DNA of 54,984 nt, from NCBI GenBank assembly GCA_963990675.1, contig CAXDNN010000001.1, positions 1 to 54,984 of the forward strand. The letters run 5' to 3'. Within the stretch, counting starts at the first letter, position 1; each line of letters begins with the position of its first letter. The notes under the pieces were generated by a model. It saw only the letters and a list, made by a program, of their open reading frames with translations. It did no database searches and had not been told where the DNA came from. Positions 51,746 to 54,984 of the stretch are shown one piece after another. A program made the position numbers and the translations under genes. Source of the stretch: an uncultured Synechococcus sp. (GTDB lineage: Bacteria; Cyanobacteriota; Cyanobacteriia; PCC-6307; Cyanobiaceae).

Positions 51746-51771
51746 AAAAAAAGCCCGGCAGTTGCCGGGCT
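51746..51771 (-). terminator. Intrinsic terminator downstream of psaC
   Basis: Minus strand AGCCCGGCAACTGCCGGGCTTTTTTT. Confidence 0.85.
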
Positions 51772-51797
51772 GAGCTTATGGGTTCAAAACCAAAAAT

Positions 51798-52085
<288 letters not shown>

Positions 52086-52200
52086 CTAATCCCCCAGAGA
52101 CAACAGCCGTCACTGTTGTTAACGACCGAGCGATTCAAGGTGAGGAGATCAGAGGGCTTACTCGTAAGATGCAGCGTCCCGTTGTCCCGTTGCCACGGCC

Positions 52201-52443
52201 ATGTCCCAGGAAGCGATCCTTGAGAAAGTCCGTTCGATCGTCGCGGAGCAGCTCAGCGTCGATGCCGGCGAAGTAAAACCGGAATCCAACTTCCAAAACG
52301 ACCTGGGTGCTGACTCGCTCGACACCGTGGAACTCGTGATGGCATTGGAAGAAGCCTTCGATATCGAGATCCCCGACGAATCAGCCGAAGGCATCCTCAC
52401 CGTCGGTGACGCCGTGAAGTACATCGAAGACAAGCAGGCCTGA
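52201..52443 (+). CDS. acpP: Acyl carrier protein
   Basis: [20 protein letters not shown]. Confidence 0.98.
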   Translation: MSQEAILEKVRSIVAEQLSVDAGEVKPESNFQNDLGADSLDTVELVMALEEAFDIEIPDESAEGILTVGDAVKYIEDKQA

Positions 52444-52451
52444 GGATCGGC

Positions 52452-53699
52452 ATGGTGGAGGGTCTCCATCGCGTCGTCATCACCGGTCTCGGCGCGGTTA
52501 CACCGATCGGCAACACGGTTCAGGACTACTGGAACGGTTTGACCTCAGGACGCAACGGCGTCGATGGGATCACGCTGTTTGATGCGTCAAACCACGCCTG
52601 TCGTTTTGCAGCAGAGGTGAAAGCGTTTGATCCCGCTGGCTTGATCGAGCCCAAGGAAGCCAAGCGCTGGGATCGCTTCTGCAAATTTGGGGTGGTGGCC
52701 GCCAAACAAGCCATCACCCACGCCGGCTTGGAGATCACGGATGCCAACGCGCACCGGATCGGAATGATCATTGGGTCCGGCGTGGGCGGTCTGCTCACGA
52801 TGGAAACCCAAGCCCACGTCTTGGACGGCAAGGGGCCAGGACGGGTAAGCCCGTTCACGGTGCCGATGATGATTCCCAACATGGCCTCAGGGCTTGCGGC
52901 GATTGCGCTGGGCACCAAAGGGCCCAGCTCTGCGGTGGCCACGGCCTGTGCCGCCGGCTCGAATGCCATTGGCGACGCTTTTCGCTTGCTCCAACTCGGC
53001 AAAGCGGATGCGATGGTCTGTGGCGGCGCAGAATCGGCGATCACTCCCCTGGGGGTGGCCGGATTCGCCAGTGCCAAAGCGTTGTCGTTCCGCAATGACG
53101 ACCCCAGCACCGCGAGTCGGCCGTTCGACAAAGAACGCGACGGATTTGTGATTGGAGAAGGGGCCGGCATTTTGGTGCTGGAAACCCTGGAGCACGCCCA
53201 AGCCCGTGGCGCCAATGTTCTTGGCGAAGTCATCGGCTACGGGATGACCTGCGATGCCCACCACATCACCTCTCCTACCCCCGGTGGCGTTGGCGGTGCT
53301 GAGGCGATGCGCCTTGCCCTTGAGGATGCGCGCATCAATGCAGACGCGGTGGACTACGTGAATGCCCACGGCACCAGCACCCCCGCCAATGACAAAAACG
53401 AAACCTCGGCGATCAAGAGCGCCCTGGGATCGCGTGCGCTGCAGATACCCGTGAGCTCGACGAAATCGATGACCGGCCACCTTCTCGGTGGATCCGGTGG
53501 TATCGAAGCTGTCGCTTGCGTGCTAGCTCTGCAGCACGGAATCGTCCCACCGACGATCAATCACAGCAATCCAGATCCCGATTGTGATTTGGATGTCGTG
53601 CCCAACACGGCCCGAGATCAGACACTGGCAACAGTGTTGTCCAACTCCTTCGGGTTCGGCGGCCACAACGTCTGCCTTGCGTTCCGACGCGCCAGCTAA
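52452..53699 (+). CDS. fabF: 3-oxoacyl-ACP synthase II
   Basis: TACAAG, NAHGTST, KSMTGHLLG, SNSFGFGGHN. Confidence 0.97.
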   Translation: MVEGLHRVVITGLGAVTPIGNTVQDYWNGLTSGRNGVDGITLFDASNHACRFAAEVKAFDPAGLIEPKEAKRWDRFCKFGVVAAKQAITHAGLEITDANAHRIGMIIGSGVGGLLTMETQAHVLDGKGPGRVSPFTVPMMIPNMASGLAAIALGTKGPSSAVATACAAGSNAIGDAFRLLQLGKADAMVCGGAESAITPLGVAGFASAKALSFRNDDPSTASRPFDKERDGFVIGEGAGILVLETLEHAQARGANVLGEVIGYGMTCDAHHITSPTPGGVGGAEAMRLALEDARINADAVDYVNAHGTSTPANDKNETSAIKSALGSRALQIPVSSTKSMTGHLLGGSGGIEAVACVLALQHGIVPPTINHSNPDPDCDLDVVPNTARDQTLATVLSNSFGFGGHNVCLAFRRAS

Positions 53700-53753
53700 A
53701 CGGGATTTCCCGTTTTATGCATCAAACTCTCCCCAACTTTTCCCTTTAACCCC

Positions 53754-54915
53754 ATGGTCGCTGCGCCCGCATCCCTCGACACCCTCTGCATCAACAGCAT
53801 TCGGATGCTGGCGGTCGATGCGATCAACAAATCCAACAGCGGCCACCCCGGCTTGCCAATGGGCTGCGCACCCATGGGCTATGCGTTGTGGGACAAGTTC
53901 CTAAACCACAACCCCAAGAACCCCAAGTGGTTCAACCGCGATCGCTTCGTCCTGTCCGCCGGACACGGCTGCATGCTGCTGTATGCGCTGCTGCACCTCA
54001 CCGGCTACGACTCGGTGAGCATCGACGACATCAAGCAGTTCCGTCAGTGGGGATCGAAGACCCCTGGGCACCCAGAAACCTTTGAAACCCCCGGCGTTGA
54101 AGTAACCACCGGCCCCCTCGGCGCTGGTATCGCCAACGCTGTGGGCCTGGCGATCGCTGAATCCCACCTGGCCGCCAAGTTCAACAAGCCCGGCGCCACC
54201 CTTGTCGACCACTACACCTATGTGGTGATGGGCGACGGTTGCAACCAGGAAGGCATCTCATCCGAGGCTTGCTCGCTGGCTGGTCACCTCAAGCTGGGCA
54301 AATTGATTGCCCTCTACGACGACAACCACATCACGATTGACGGCCGCACCGACGTGTCGTTCACCGAAGACGTGCTGAAGCGCTATGAGGCCTATGGCTG
54401 GCATGTGCAGCACGTGGCCGACGGCAACACCGACGTGGATGCCATCTCCAAAGCGATCGCCGCCGCCAAGGCCGTCACCGATAAGCCGTCGATCATCAAG
54501 GTGACCACCACCATCGGCTACGGCTCCCCCAACAAAGCCGACACCGCCGGCGTTCACGGTGCTGCTCTCGGCGCAGAAGAAGCTGAGCTCACCCGCAAGC
54601 AGTTGGGCTGGAACTACGGCCCCTTCGAGATTCCTCAAGAGGCCTACGACCAGTTCCGTAGCGCGATCGAGCGTGGCGCCAGCAAGGAAGCCGAGTGGAA
54701 CCAAACCCTCGCTACTTACCGCACCAAATTCCCCACGGAAGCTGCTGAATTTGAGCGGATGCTTCGCGGTGAACTTCCCGAAGGTTGGGAGAAGAGCCTG
54801 CCGACTTACACCCCAGACGACGGTGGCCAAGCCACACGCAAGCACTCGCAGATCTGCTTGGGTGCTTTGGGACCCAACATTCCCGAGTTAATTGGCGGCT
54901 CCGCCGACCTCACCC
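53754..54915 (+). CDS. tkt: Transketolase, 5' part (runs into the adapter, absent from the ORF track)
   Basis: [37 protein letters not shown]..., [38 protein letters not shown]. Confidence 0.96.
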
Positions 54916-54984
54916 CTGTCTCTTATACACATCTCCGAGCCCACGAGACTAAGGCGAATCTCGTATGCCGTCTTCTGCTTGAAA
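54916..54984 (+). other. Illumina Nextera i7/P7 adapter read-through (sequencing artefact)
   Basis: CTGTCTCTTATACACATCT CCGAGCCCACGAGAC, index TAAGGCGA, ATCTCGTATGCCGTCTTCTGCTTG, then AAA. Confidence 0.99.

Overview
About 55 kb of chromosome from a marine picocyanobacterium. The GC-rich codon usage, gene set and order (tkt-fabF-acpP-psaC-glmS ... rnc-rnpB-tRNA-Arg ... glgP ... icd ... ho1 ... kds genes ... galE-T1SS) point to marine Synechococcus. Untrimmed Illumina Nextera adapters sit at both ends (1-61 and 54916-54984). The right half is mostly core housekeeping. The left half is a surface-glycan and secretion region. It holds a parvulin/HlyB/HlyD/glycosyltransferase type I secretion operon, galE coupled to an FAD-domain/SelD fusion, an ArnT/PMT-like membrane glycosyltransferase, and a full CMP-Kdo pathway (kdsD, kdsC, kdsB, kdsA) mixed with two sulfotransferase-like genes. 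It also holds a visibly AT-rich block (about 18.3-26.4 kb) with a methyltransferase/P-loop fusion, glycosyltransferases and an ABC exporter, plus a GtrA-YdjC fusion near a GtrB-like GT2. I found no transposase, integrase, prophage or CRISPR array. The best candidates for something undescribed are a dispersed lipid-linked amino-sugar modification system (GT2 + GtrA-YdjC + ArnT-like), a possible glycan-capping methyltransferase/P-loop fusion, and a Kdo/sulfotransferase glycan pathway. All three are inferences from motifs and gene context. No database searches were run, and GC statements are by eye.
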